Below are positions 1 to 11,111 of a stretch of 64,000 nucleotides of DNA, in pieces (within the stretch, counting starts at the first letter, position 1; every line of letters begins with the position of its first letter). The stretch comes from Trichosphaerium sp. ATCC 40318 (Eukaryota > Protista > Tubulinea), in contig JALMLS010000502.1 in assembly GCA_038496445.1 (NCBI GenBank), positions 1-64,000 of the forward strand, in the 5' to 3' direction. Below the pieces are notes generated by a model that saw only the letters and a list, made by a program, of their open reading frames with translations, was not told the DNA's origin and did not search any database. A program made the position numbers and the translations under genes.

Positions 1-1081
1 AATACAAACCAGGTTTTTATCTCTATCAATTCTGCTATCATTTCTTTCAAATCCTTTTCTTGACCATCAGGATCAAATCTGCTGCTTATTTGCTTTTGAT
101 ACACACACTCTAGCTTCAAGAATCCCATATCTCTTATAGCACCCTCTGCAACACCAACCAAAGCAGCTAGTATTCATTATAAAACGTTAAATAAGTGGAT
201 TGTAACTCGCAACGTACGTTCCCAATAAACTGCAATTCTTTTTGTTCCTTGGATTGTCAGGATATTAAGTGCTTCACGCATAAAAGAAATCGTAGGTATG
301 ATGAGCTCTATGGTATATGGAAGTCGTCTACCAAATGCATTATCACATGGATACGCTAGATTTTCATCACAGATAAGTAAAGCAGGTACTCCCGATGCAG
401 CTACAACAAAAAAGTAAATACCACAAGCCAGTTTTGACTATTTCTTTGTTGCTGAAAAAACCACGTGTACAACATGATTACGCACGTTCAATACTGTTAA
501 CTTTATGCTCATGACCAACAATAGCAGCAGGTAGACCATAGTTAATCGTACGAGGCTAAATAATGAAAGTTACAAAAGTTCTGTAATTGTTTCGAACCCA
601 ATTGGAGGAAGTGACTCGTGAATTCAAGAGACGTACCAAAATTAAAAAGTTCACATCATGATCATTCACCAGTTGTAGTGCAGCAGTAGTAGAAGCATTT
701 ACCGTAGTTTCTAATACGAAATATTATGAAAAAAAAAAAACTACACGTGCAGCAACAGCCTCCAACCTCTAACTCCGAACAAAAAGTCAAAAACGTACCT
801 ATAAACTTGAAAATAATTTCGACTCTATAAGTCTCGTTGTTTATTAGAAACCCTCCGCGTTTATTTACCTAGTTACACGTTATTTAAAGCCGAAAACAAA
901 CTTTGATTATTAACGTTTTTCGGAGTACCTCCTCCAGCCACAATTCTTGCCCACGACGAGAGTCAATTGAATCTTGTGTAAACGGTGAGTCTAGGTAAAT
1001 GCTCCCAATCCTGAAGACTCGATCGGTTGAACCCTTTATAGCTGATAGAGCTAATATAAAACATATAACAGAGAGGTTCAT
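1..1081 (-). CDS. Receptor or secreted protein with a type-1 periplasmic-binding (ANF-receptor-like) ectodomain; multi-exon, 3' part lies beyond the window edge
   Basis: Signal peptide MNLSVICFILALSAIKG. Spliced exons give FRIGSIY...SRRGQELWLEEVNKRGGFLIN, ALQLVNDHDVNFL, GTKRIAVYWE and EMIAELIEIKP, resembling the PBP1/LivJ-like fold. Confidence 0.65.
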
Positions 1082-1557
1082 AGGCGCAGTATGTGAAGCC
1101 TATAAAGGAAATTTCAGGTCTTTGGATATTTAAGTTACTTTCTAAAAAATCACAATTAAGCCTGACTGGGAGATAAACTACGATTCTCATGTAAGGATGG
1201 ATAGTTGAGCAGGAGGTAACATTATTTATATTTTGGGATATTGAGAGCAAGCAATGATAAATTAGGCTTCTTGTTAGGGTACTATGGAAACAACAAAAGG
1301 ATCAATGATCAACATTGCAGTGAATGGTTACAAATTTGAGAGTACGTTAGTTCCAACTTTCCTGACGTTCTAGACCTTTTAGAATTGTGAATATCCAGCT
1401 CCTCTAATAAGGTAAAAAAGTTGCTTAGTGTAGTACAAAAAGGATATGATTAACAACAAAAAAAGTATGTGGTGATCGCGTCTCGTTGCCTTTAAATAGA
1501 AGTTACACTCAAGTTTTATTTTAAACCATGGAGTGCAACAATACTAAACGAAGAAAA

Positions 1558-1633
1558 CACGCTGCAGGTGGGTGCTCTACCACTGAGCTACGGAGAGAAA
1601 ACTCTGCCGGGAGGATTTGAACCTCCGACCTCC
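1558..1633 (-). tRNA. Putative circularly permuted tRNA-Cys(GCA) gene (3' piece precedes 5' piece), or a tRNA pseudogene remnant
   Basis: Minus strand reads GG AGGTC GGAGG TTCAAAT CCTCC CGGCAGAG TTTT CTCTCCG TA GCTC AGTGGTA GAGC A CCCAC CT GCA GC GTG. It has a perfect T-arm and a perfect D-arm, and a 7-bp acceptor stem with one bulged C closed by TTTT. Confidence 0.6.
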
Positions 1634-2246
1634 AAATCATAAAGACCCGATGACATTCTTGCACCACGTCAAAGTAAGTCTTTGACTCAATAGTTATACA
1701 TCTCATTCATCAAAACAAATTTATTGTGGCTTGGACAGTAGTTTCGCTTGTTGTTACAATACTATGTGAGAATTTTCTGTAGTTTATGTGCACGATAATT
1801 CGCGAAGTAAAACAGTGAGTGTTTGCCTAGTGAGAGCAACCAAGCATGATTGCATATATTGCTAACCAAAAGGTTTTCTGACATTTTTCTTTACATTTCT
1901 TATTGCCACGTGTTATGTGAAGCTCATGAGAAGAAAGGCGGATATCTTGGCAACTATGCAAATAGAAGTTAGTGATCGTACCTTAAAGCAGGACATATTT
2001 CTAAGATATCCTGTACTAGTTCAAACGCAACATGTTCCTTCTTTCGAGAGCTAACCCAACCGCATTTACAAAGGTTCTCCATGTGGATATGAGGCGACAT
2101 CAGAATTTTGACGACTTTGCCGAAGGCTGAAAAGAATTAAAGTCCACAACTTTGTACAGTACAGCGTTTTTTATTTTTGACAAAGGTTGAAATCTGAGTT
2201 TTTTTTGTTTTTCCATGACGAGTCTCTAGCGTTTTGAGTCGCGACT

Positions 2247-4859
2247 TTACAAATCATCAGGATCTAGGTAACCCATTGTTGGATCATCTTCTTCTTCTTT
2301 GTGTGTGAAAATAGCTTGATACTTTGATCCAGGACAAGGTACTTTCAAACCAAGATCCTTTGAGAAATTCTTTATAACACTCTGAAGTGAACTGCATTTT
2401 GCTTTTCCGATTTGGTACTTTCCTCCTGGCGAGTGCTGTACACGGAAGTGGTTAACTTTCACCTCTTTTTTCTTACCACTCTTTGCTTTTGCAGATATTG
2501 CATAAGAACCTGGGTCACGTGAACTAAACCTGACCAAATACGTTCCTGAAAAAAAACTTGTGAATATTCAAGAATAAAATAAGAAAACTGTTGGTTACCT
2601 GTTCTAGAAGCTCCTTTTAAAAGTTTTTCTGTTTGACCAGATGAAATATCTCCGTGAAACCACTCTTCTGATAAAACACTACGAACCTAAAAGCACACTA
2701 TGGTCAATAAACATTCTTCGAATGAAACTTTGATTTTTTTTAAGGTTTTTTTAACCTTGCTCCTGCACGTACAGTGTCTAGTGTTTCTTTACCATTAAGA
2801 GGTCCAAACCATTGTAGGAATCTATAAAAACTATCCATGGTAACTTCATCATCCTTGGCTACCAGGAATTAATGTTACAAGCATCAAAAAAAAAAAAAGC
2901 ATTTCTTTGCTTCAATAAAAAACAGTACCTAACAACATCTCCAAGCAAGCCGTCATCTCCTCATTCACCAACTCTTTACCCAGAAATTTTGTAAATTTTG
3001 CAATAAATTCATCCCACGTGACCTCTGTCTAAACGAAACGACGCATAAGTAAAACTCAAGAAAACTTTTTGGATTTGTTTTTAAAAACTGTTCTTGCTTT
3101 ACCTCTTCTTTGAAGTATTTCTTCCAAAACCTGATACCACGTTTATCTTTTAATGTCCCTTCAATCACAATACTCTCAAAATCATCCAGAATCTAATTAA
3201 AATCATTTTAGCACGTAGGACCAATTAAATTCGAAGAAATTAATTGTAAATAAAAAAAATTTCGTAACGTACGTCTTGGAATGATGGCCTGTTCTCTGGG
3301 TTAGCATCCCAGCCTATTACAATTCAGTTAGTACATGAACCTGCACAAAAAGCCAAAAGGGTTTTCAAGCTTTTTTTTAACGTACAAGCTTCCAATATCT
3401 TTTTGAGTGTTGGTGGGCAGTTAGCAGGTATAACAGGGCGCTTATGCTCTTGACATACAGCCTGTACCATAGAAGAGTATGTTTCGATTTCAGGGAACGG
3501 ATCAGAACCAGTTAAAATCTCCCATAAGACCATACCGTAACTGTATAAATCGCACTTTTCATTATACCTAAAAACAAAAAATGTTAATTACCAATACTTT
3601 ACTCACAGCAATCAAAACGTACGATTCATTCTGTAAGACCTCAGGTGCGATCCATAGTGGTGTACCAACGGTTCCATACGCTGCAGGATCATCTCCTTGA
3701 GCTTTAACATGACTTAGACCGAAATCAGCCTAAAATTCTATTACAACTGTTCACTGCCAATCACAAGCAAAAAAAAAAAGAAAAACACAATTGTTCGGCT
3801 TTATCATAAATAATTTATCTTCAACGTACAACTTTAACGCGACCATCTTCATCCACCAATAAATTAGGTGTCTTCAAATCCCTAGAAGAAAACACGTGAA
3901 CAACGGCAAACGTTTGACAGCAAAAAAAAACAATTTGTTTTTTTATGTTAATTATTCAGATAAATCCTTCTGCGCAGCACAAACAAAGCGGTTTTTGATG
4001 ATCGTGAGCTCAAAAAAAAATTAGGTGAATTGTGATCAACCTACCTGTGAATGGTGACAGGGTCTGTGTTATGTAAGCAGTTCATTCCTTGTGCTGCCTG
4101 TCTAGCCATGTCCATACGTTGAGCAAACGTTAACTTTTTTTTTTCCCTTTTAAGTACTTTGCGAACAGAGCCCTGATAGTTTTAAACGCGTCAGGAATAA
4201 TATTTTACCAGATAGCCGTAAAGTGAAAGAAAAAAAAAACTGCAAAAACGTTTATCGGTCAGAAACGACGCTAAATTTTAGTTGAAGTTGGTAAAAACGC
4301 CATGAGATGGTTTATATCTACCTTACGCATGAGTTCTGTGACTATCATTAAATCCCCTACTTCAGTACAAGCCCCCATAAATAATAATACGTTGGGTGTT
4401 TTAGATTACTACGTAATATCGTTAGTCCCGTTTAGAGCATTTTTAATAATGACATGCCTGAAAAGCGCTATTTCTTTTCTGAATGCATCTAATGTGTTCT
4501 GATTTGGATCCTGTATTATTAGGCGCTTAACAGCGACGTCCTTGCCGTGAAGTGTACCCTCAAACACCTCACCAAATGTACCAACACCTAGTTTTTTACC
4601 CATTGTGATGTCACTCTTGCCTATTTCGAATCTTGAAGCCATTAGAAGCAATTAGCGGTGATCGTGTACTTTTGTAGTTGTTTCTCGAATTCAGCCCTCT
4701 CCTCTGACGTAGCTTCTCTCTCTTGCACCCCGCCTTTTGCTATACTAGAAACACTCGCTGAACCGCGAATATTAACCTACAATTGAATTAGACATACAAA
4801 TACGCTTAGGAGTATCATCGTGCCTTTTTTTTTCTAGAATGAGGGCCGGAAGCTGCCAT
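2247..4859 (-). CDS. SHK-family protein kinase (TKL kinase domain + C-terminal SH2 domain), about 13 exons
   Basis: Kinase motifs LGVGTFGEV, VAVK, IHRDLKTPNLL, DFG, GTPLWIAPE, DLYSYGMVLWE. SH2 motifs WFHG and TYLVRFSSRDPGSYAIS. This is the Dictyostelium Shk architecture. Two GC-AG introns and one apparent 1-nt deletion near 4395. Confidence 0.9.
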
Positions 4860-5129
4860 TTGAAGTTATGTATGTTCACAACTTTAATAAACGTAGATAC
4901 AGAGGTGGTTCAAACAAGGTAGATTAATGACACGCAAAAAGAGAGATGCTGTGACAATAAATTTAACGCCTGAAAAAAGTGGAATGGACAGTTTTTTGTT
5001 TTGTACTGCCGCGTTTTTTCTTCAAAAAAAACCTGAGAATTCGCGTGACCGGCGGTTATTTATTACGCTGATTGAAGATATTCTTTGAGAGCGTAGACCC
5101 CTATGGATAGTTATATGTACTATATCTTG

Positions 5130-8100
5130 CTCTAGAAACATAAGGTTTTTACTTGTTACACTTTGTACAGCCCATTAAAAAAAAAAGAGTTTTGATGAAA
5201 TTTTTTTTTCTTTTTTTTTTTCTTTTTAGGTAGTTTGGTATTGTTTGTTGGTGTGTGGTACATGAATCTATATCCTTGTCCTTATTACCAATAGTAAACG
5301 TAACAGACCTATCAGGTCTGCTTGTTACTTGTCCTGGAGCACTCCATAATGACCCAGACGTTGGTCTAGAAACTCTTGGAGAAACGTCAAAAATGCCTAT
5401 CCGTCTGTCGCTCAACTCGCCCGGTTTTGCCGCCTATACATGTCATTAGAGTCTCCAATTGTATAATCAACAGTACCTGTACGGATATGCTAACAGCAGG
5501 AGCATTAAAGTCCCTATTGTCGCATTTAAGCATCGTCTGTTTAAGTCGTCTTCTGGGTGTTCTCCAGCTGAAAGTGATTGCTCCGTTGTGTGTAAAATCA
5601 GCGTCTTGGAGATGCTCATCTGATCGAAGAAGGTAGGCTACTTGTGTACATATTACAGCACTAGGTTTCCCGTTTGTGTTATTAGTACGGTTTCGAGAAG
5701 CAGGAAGTGTTGTTGCTATTAATTGCTTTGTTCCTGGTGCGATTTTAGTTGGTGGCGCTTGTGTCCACGTCTCGCCTTCGCTTCCAGTTGTAAGCTTTAA
5801 TCTGTGTAGGTAACACTTTGTAGTATTATTAATCTCAATGACAGCAGTGCGTCGCTTCGCCTAAGAACATTAAGAGACCGTCAAAATACATATTACTTGA
5901 AAAGGCAAAAAAAAAACGTACCAACAGACGTTGTTTAGTCTCTTCGTACGTCTCCTCTACTTCTTCTGGTTCTTCCATGGATATATTGTTAATCAAATCA
6001 GCCTCTAGATCGCCCATAATTTTGATTAAGTGCTTCAAGCCGTGAATGTACTCTGTATCTATACAAGGAGGATCCACTCGCCAAGTGTGAGCTAAATATC
6101 GAGAAAAAAAAATTAGTCCGCTTCGCTTTGTGTCGTTTTACGGTCACGTGACCACGTGGTAAGCGTAAATTAAGTATGATTTAATGTAAAAAAATTACTT
6201 ACCAAAATCTACAATCTTGACTAAAACATTCCCAGGTACATCAACACCACTAGACGCATCATAGATAAATAGAATAGAGCTTCCAATAAAAGAAAAATCA
6301 GTTTGTTTTTGAAACCACTTTAAAATCTGCTTTACTGGTCCAATCATTGCTTGCAGTGTCTTTATCCTTGCTTTACCACCAGGCGTATTTGTGACATACT
6401 GTAAAAATGCTGGTTTGATCTGTACAGGTTTGAGAGAAACACCCCAAGGCTTATCTCTCTTTATATAGTCTTTTATATCCGTTTGCCAAACTTTCATACC
6501 ACAAATACGGAATCCAAGGCTAGACGATGTACTGTATGAATCAACAGCATTCAAATACCCCTTCTTTATAAACCCAGCTGTATGATCAGCTGATCTCCTT
6601 CCCACTAAAAAAAAAATTAAAAATGTCACGTGAGGGCAGAACAATAGTTTTCTTTAGATTTCCTTCTTTTTTTTTCGACAATAAAAAAAACTTTGCCTCC
6701 TGGAATGAATTCGTTACTTACTCTTTATATCCATTATACATGGCTTGTCGTAACCATAAGTAAGATCTTCCATTATAATATACTGTAAGGAACCGGCTTG
6801 AGGGTCATTTATAACAGTACGACCATCAAACTTTGGAAAAAAACTTGGCGTATCATTAGGCATATTTCTTAAACCTTCATAGAACGTCCACTCCCTACAA
6901 GCTGTTAAAATCCGCTGCCGATAGGCACAAAAAGAAACAGAAACACACTACAAAAAAACACAAACGAATCATTACTACACAACCAGAAGCGAAATAACTA
7001 CACCTCAAGCATGGAAATAGAAAAGAAAAGCTTCTATTGTGAAGAAAAAATTGGTTTCAGGTTTTTTGGCGCCCTTCGGATCGTTTCGGGTCACGTGCCT
7101 TTTTGACCATGGTTTAAGAATCTTATCACCCATTTTAAGTATCCCTCCTATTTTTCCATTACCTTTATGCCCTGCAACCTGGTTTTGAAACTGTTGAATA
7201 TTATCTTGAACAAGAACAGGCATAGGATCTGCGCAACGCATAAGTGCACGGAGTATTCCCATTTCAAACACCCGTTGCATCCTTGGATCAGAAAGACCCG
7301 CTTTAATAAATTCCTAAAGTAGTTTTAGATGTAAAAGAACAGAGTAAACAATAACAAGTATGAAAAGGGATCAAGTTTTTTGCTCATGTTTTTTTTGATT
7401 TTTCTTCTTTTTTTTTTCGGTATTAATTTACCTCTAAACCAACTTTATCGAGTTCCTTATTATGCCCAACTTTATCTACAATACCATCTCCAGCAGAAGA
7501 AAAATTAACAGCTATAGAACGTGATCTTTGGTTTGGTTTGTTTCCTTGAGGTTCGATACTTGGAGGGTTGTGATTAAGTCTGTATATCAGTTCAAAAACC
7601 TCGTGACGGTGTAAAAAACCCTTATCAGAGCGATCCATCATTTTGAAGGTAAATGTCAATTTTTCCTCAGGTGTCCCTTTTGAAAAGGTAGCATAGCCTT
7701 TAATATAATCCTTATACGTAAGCATATCATCCTGGGTATGTAAAAATGCAAAAAACCTAAATGACAAAACATAAGAACACCAACAAGACAACAAACACAA
7801 AAAAAAAAAAAAGAAAAAAAATCAAAAAAAAAAGACTTGAAAGGAAAAAACGCACATGTTCTCCCAAAAACGCTTAGATGCACCATTTAGTCTCAAATTC
7901 TCTTCTACAAACTCAGCACCACTTATCGTCCCTTAAAAAAACCGGTTAAACAAAGAAAGACTAGCAGTCTAGTCATTTTGTGATACACTAAATAGTGAGC
8001 ACGTGCGGTAAAGTTTATGTCTTTTGTGACTTTTTTACTTTATGAGTGTTTATGGGAACGCAAAAAATGACTTGTTTTATTCAAACAATAGGCAGTTTTA

Positions 8101-8481
8101 ACAGCTAAAAGAAGTTTTAATTTTTTTACAGTACCTGTAGGGTATTTTGCCATAAAAGTAGCATGATGCCTACTGAGCTGTTCTGTTGTAACTAATAATA
8201 TGTTTTAGAGCACTATTTGATGGTCATATTTAAAATTAAACAGATTTTGCGTTAATTGTTTAACACATTAATATAAAACCTTAATTATAACAGCATAACC
8301 GCGTATAATACATATCGGACGTACAATGTCCATAAGTTAGTTCTCTTAGCTCTTCTAATTCGCTAGATGATAAATGTGAGCTTGTATTAGAGCTAGCCTG
8401 CCCCATCTGCCATTTACGTCTAATTAGATGTCGTAATTGACCCATGGAGAATTTTCGCTTCAGTTTGGGTTGATTGCTCAT
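5130..8481 (-). CDS. Fusion protein: neuronal-calcium-sensor-like EF-hand domain + inositol polyphosphate kinase (IPK family) + aegerolysin-like C-terminal domain
   Basis: NCS part: MGQASS...LSSSELEELRELTYGHFTTEQL, KGTPEEKLTFTFKMMDRSDKGFLHRHE. IPK part: QVAGH, PCIMDIKMG, SSILFIYD, IVDFAH. Phase-compatible introns join all parts. The 3' end is approximate. Confidence 0.8.
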
Positions 8482-8779
8482 TTATTACCTTACAAGCTGC
8501 ACTAAACTAACCCAACACAAAAAATGTGAACACGTTGTACGCCTGTCAGCGCGGGGTTTTTTTTTGGTTGCTTAACGTGGCTTTGACCACATTTTTTACT
8601 GCTGTCGAACTGAGACGCACCAAGTGCTAACATTCTAAGCTTCAGAATATCATAAGGGTTTTCATGAAATATTTCTTCTTTTACATGTTACTGCGCAGTT
8701 TCATGGGCGTTTACGCTAAATAAACGTTGGTGTCTACCCTTCTAAACGGTTTATTTACAATTAACTTTTTTTTTTTGTT

Positions 8780-10114
8780 TTACGCAAAGAGATCAATGAT
8801 CTTTGTCTTCTTCCTTTTCTGAGGAGCAAACATTTCACGTTTTATAGGCTTAAACTCTCCAACATCCTCCTCTCTTACAAGAAGGCCTTCACCAAAGTAT
8901 CCTCCATCAAACCAACCGATCATAGACCTAGAAAAAACCACATCAGTACCAGACAATAATAGTAAAAAAAAAAGAAAAAAAAAAAGAAAAAAAAATTGAT
9001 GAAAAGACAAGCTTACACAGTATCAAATGGTCCATGAAGATCATCCTTTCCTTCCCATTTATACTCCCACCTACGTTTATCCTCTTCTAAAGGTATCTCA
9101 TCATCTCTTTTAACCTTTGAAGCGAGCTTCTCCTTTACATCAGCGTAGATATCTTACACCCAGTCAAGGAGAAAAAAAAAGAATAATCGCTGCTGCGATA
9201 AAATGCCTTGAAGGATACCAGGAAAACCCGACTGAATCAAGAGGTCTGCAGCCTCTATGAGCGTATCAAAACTACTAGTTCCTTTATCTGAAGAAGAAGT
9301 ATCCTTTAATCTTCTTATAGCCATGAGAACATTCTCTCTAGGCTGTAAGATATCCAACACTGTAATCATTGCTTTATCAATCTCATTCTTTGTTTTTCTT
9401 CTTTCTTGCAACTCCTTTAAAAATGTATCTTCCTCCATCTCATCATTGTCTCCATCGTCTTCCTACGATTTATAACAGTTAGACGGCTGTACCCTTGTCT
9501 TCAAGAGTTTTTATTTTTGTACCTCCTCGTCATCACTATCGCCGCGTTGTTCCTTTGTCAGAGAGGCTAGCCATGGATCTTCGTCTTCTTTTTTGTTCCT
9601 GCCAAATACAAAAAATCCGTTATCATCAAAATTACCTGCAAATGGGCGTCAGACACTGCTGACTTGATAATTTTGATAACAGACGCGTGAATTACAGTTG
9701 CTTGTGCTGAATAAAAAAATAACGTACCTTCCTTCAAATCTCCATCGTCAATCTCTAGGTTGGGTTAGAGATAATGTTTTACGGCTTATGTGACGTACTG
9801 AAGCTTTCAACTTTTTCTTGTTTATCATCAAACCTACAAATTACTGTTACTTGCGCTCACTTGATGGATATAGAGCGCAAAACATACCTTTTGGGAGCAG
9901 GAGCGTCTGATACTACCAATTTAGAGTTTTTACGCCGTTTTAGCGCTGGTAAGTCGAAATCATCAAGAGCCGCTTCTCTTCGTCGTTTTTTTTTTTCGCG
10001 AATGAGTTCTGGTACACCCTTCGCCTTTACTTTATCGTAAACGTCTCCTAATGCTTCACTAGGGTCATAATCCTTTTCTTCATCATCTAAATCAAATGTC
10101 ACTTGCTTTGCCAT
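8780..10114 (-). CDS. CD2BP2: CD2BP2/Lin1 (U5 snRNP 52K) GYF-domain protein
   Basis: KEGNFDDNGFFVF...EDPWL, LQPRENVLMAIRRL, and a C-terminal GYF domain WEYKWE...HGPF...MIGWFDGGYF. Confidence 0.9.
9153..9218 (-). other. U12-type (minor spliceosome) GT-AG intron in CD2BP2
   Basis: Donor GTATCCTTC and branch site TTCTCCTTGAC about 10 nt upstream of the acceptor AG, with no polypyrimidine tract after the branch site. Removal keeps the reading frame (FP D IYA). Confidence 0.8.
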
Positions 10115-11111
10115 CTCTGGGGCCTGTGGACTTAAGACTTAAGTGCACATTAAGTTGCATTTGTCTCTAAAACACTGTTTAGAATATTTGTCTAGCGCTA
10201 CTTGTAAATAGTACCGTATTCGAAGTCTCGCGTTTGACTGGCTTGCTTACGTTTTTGTCAAAGTAGGACTTGTAAGAGAAGGTTCCGTCATTTCTTTGAG
10301 TCTCACAAGTAATATTATTGTCCGTGGACATTGTCTAGAGCTCGTTTTAATTGTTGATCTACCACACTGCTGATATCTGATTCAGCATGGTAATAGGTTA
10401 TTAGTATAGGTTCTGCATCTTCTACATGTTGACTATCGAAAACACTCTGTAACTCTTATTAAACCAAGACTTTCAAGAGAAAACGTGATTGCCAACCTAC
10501 ATTCGTTTGGAATATCGTTAAGCAGACTCTAGTTTGTACACTATACAATGTGTAGCAATATTAAGATGTGTGGAGGTATCAATTTGAACTACTTGGTAGC
10601 CATAGTTTTTAACATGATGACTGCACAAGTCGTTAAAAACACGTTAGTCTTTTAATTAAGCCAAAAGCGGATTCCGTAAAAGGTTTGATGTCTACAAAGC
10701 TTTCGGCTTACCGCCAAACACGGTACGAATGCCTTAAACACTGTTTGCCGTTTGTTTTGCTTTTCTAAAAATCAACGCACCTGTATAACTTACTAGCGCT
10801 GGCACTAGCGCCTACCCCACGCTAACGTAAGCGCTCTATCATCATTCAAACAGCACAGCAGGTATATTAAGTGAAAACCTCCCACAACACTACCCAACGT
10901 TGCTGTGCTTTGTAACGCCGCCGGGTGTCAAATATACAAATAAAAATTGTTGGTGGGTTTGTTAAATCACGTGGGTTTGAAACGGTTGGATTAGCAAGAA
11001 ATTTTACACTAGACAATGCAATTACTAACACTTCATACGTATCGCTTGTAAAGTTGTTTATTGCTTGAGGTGGTTACTACACTTTACTACTAACGCAGCA
11101 TGGCTTTACTG

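Noticed and set aside
1634-1650. Upstream tRNA-like fold read as an ochre-suppressor tRNA (anticodon TTA)
   Set aside because: The stem relies on three G-U pairs, position 37 is a pyrimidine, and the D-loop lacks the conserved GG. TAA is used as a normal stop throughout the window.
1521-1706. 61-aa ORF over the tRNA-like element
   Set aside because: It is a chance reading frame through structured RNA-like sequence, with no protein motif.
4390-4400. Apparent frameshift in SHK kinase subdomain IV (CAC CC AAC instead of CAC CCN AAC), raising RNA editing or programmed frameshifting
   Set aside because: It is a single event in a short C run of an otherwise intact gene, and I found no recurring pattern in other conserved genes. 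An assembly indel is most likely.
10150-10840. Possible small multi-exon gene on the minus strand
   Set aside because: It requires very short introns and has no recognisable motif, so support is too weak.
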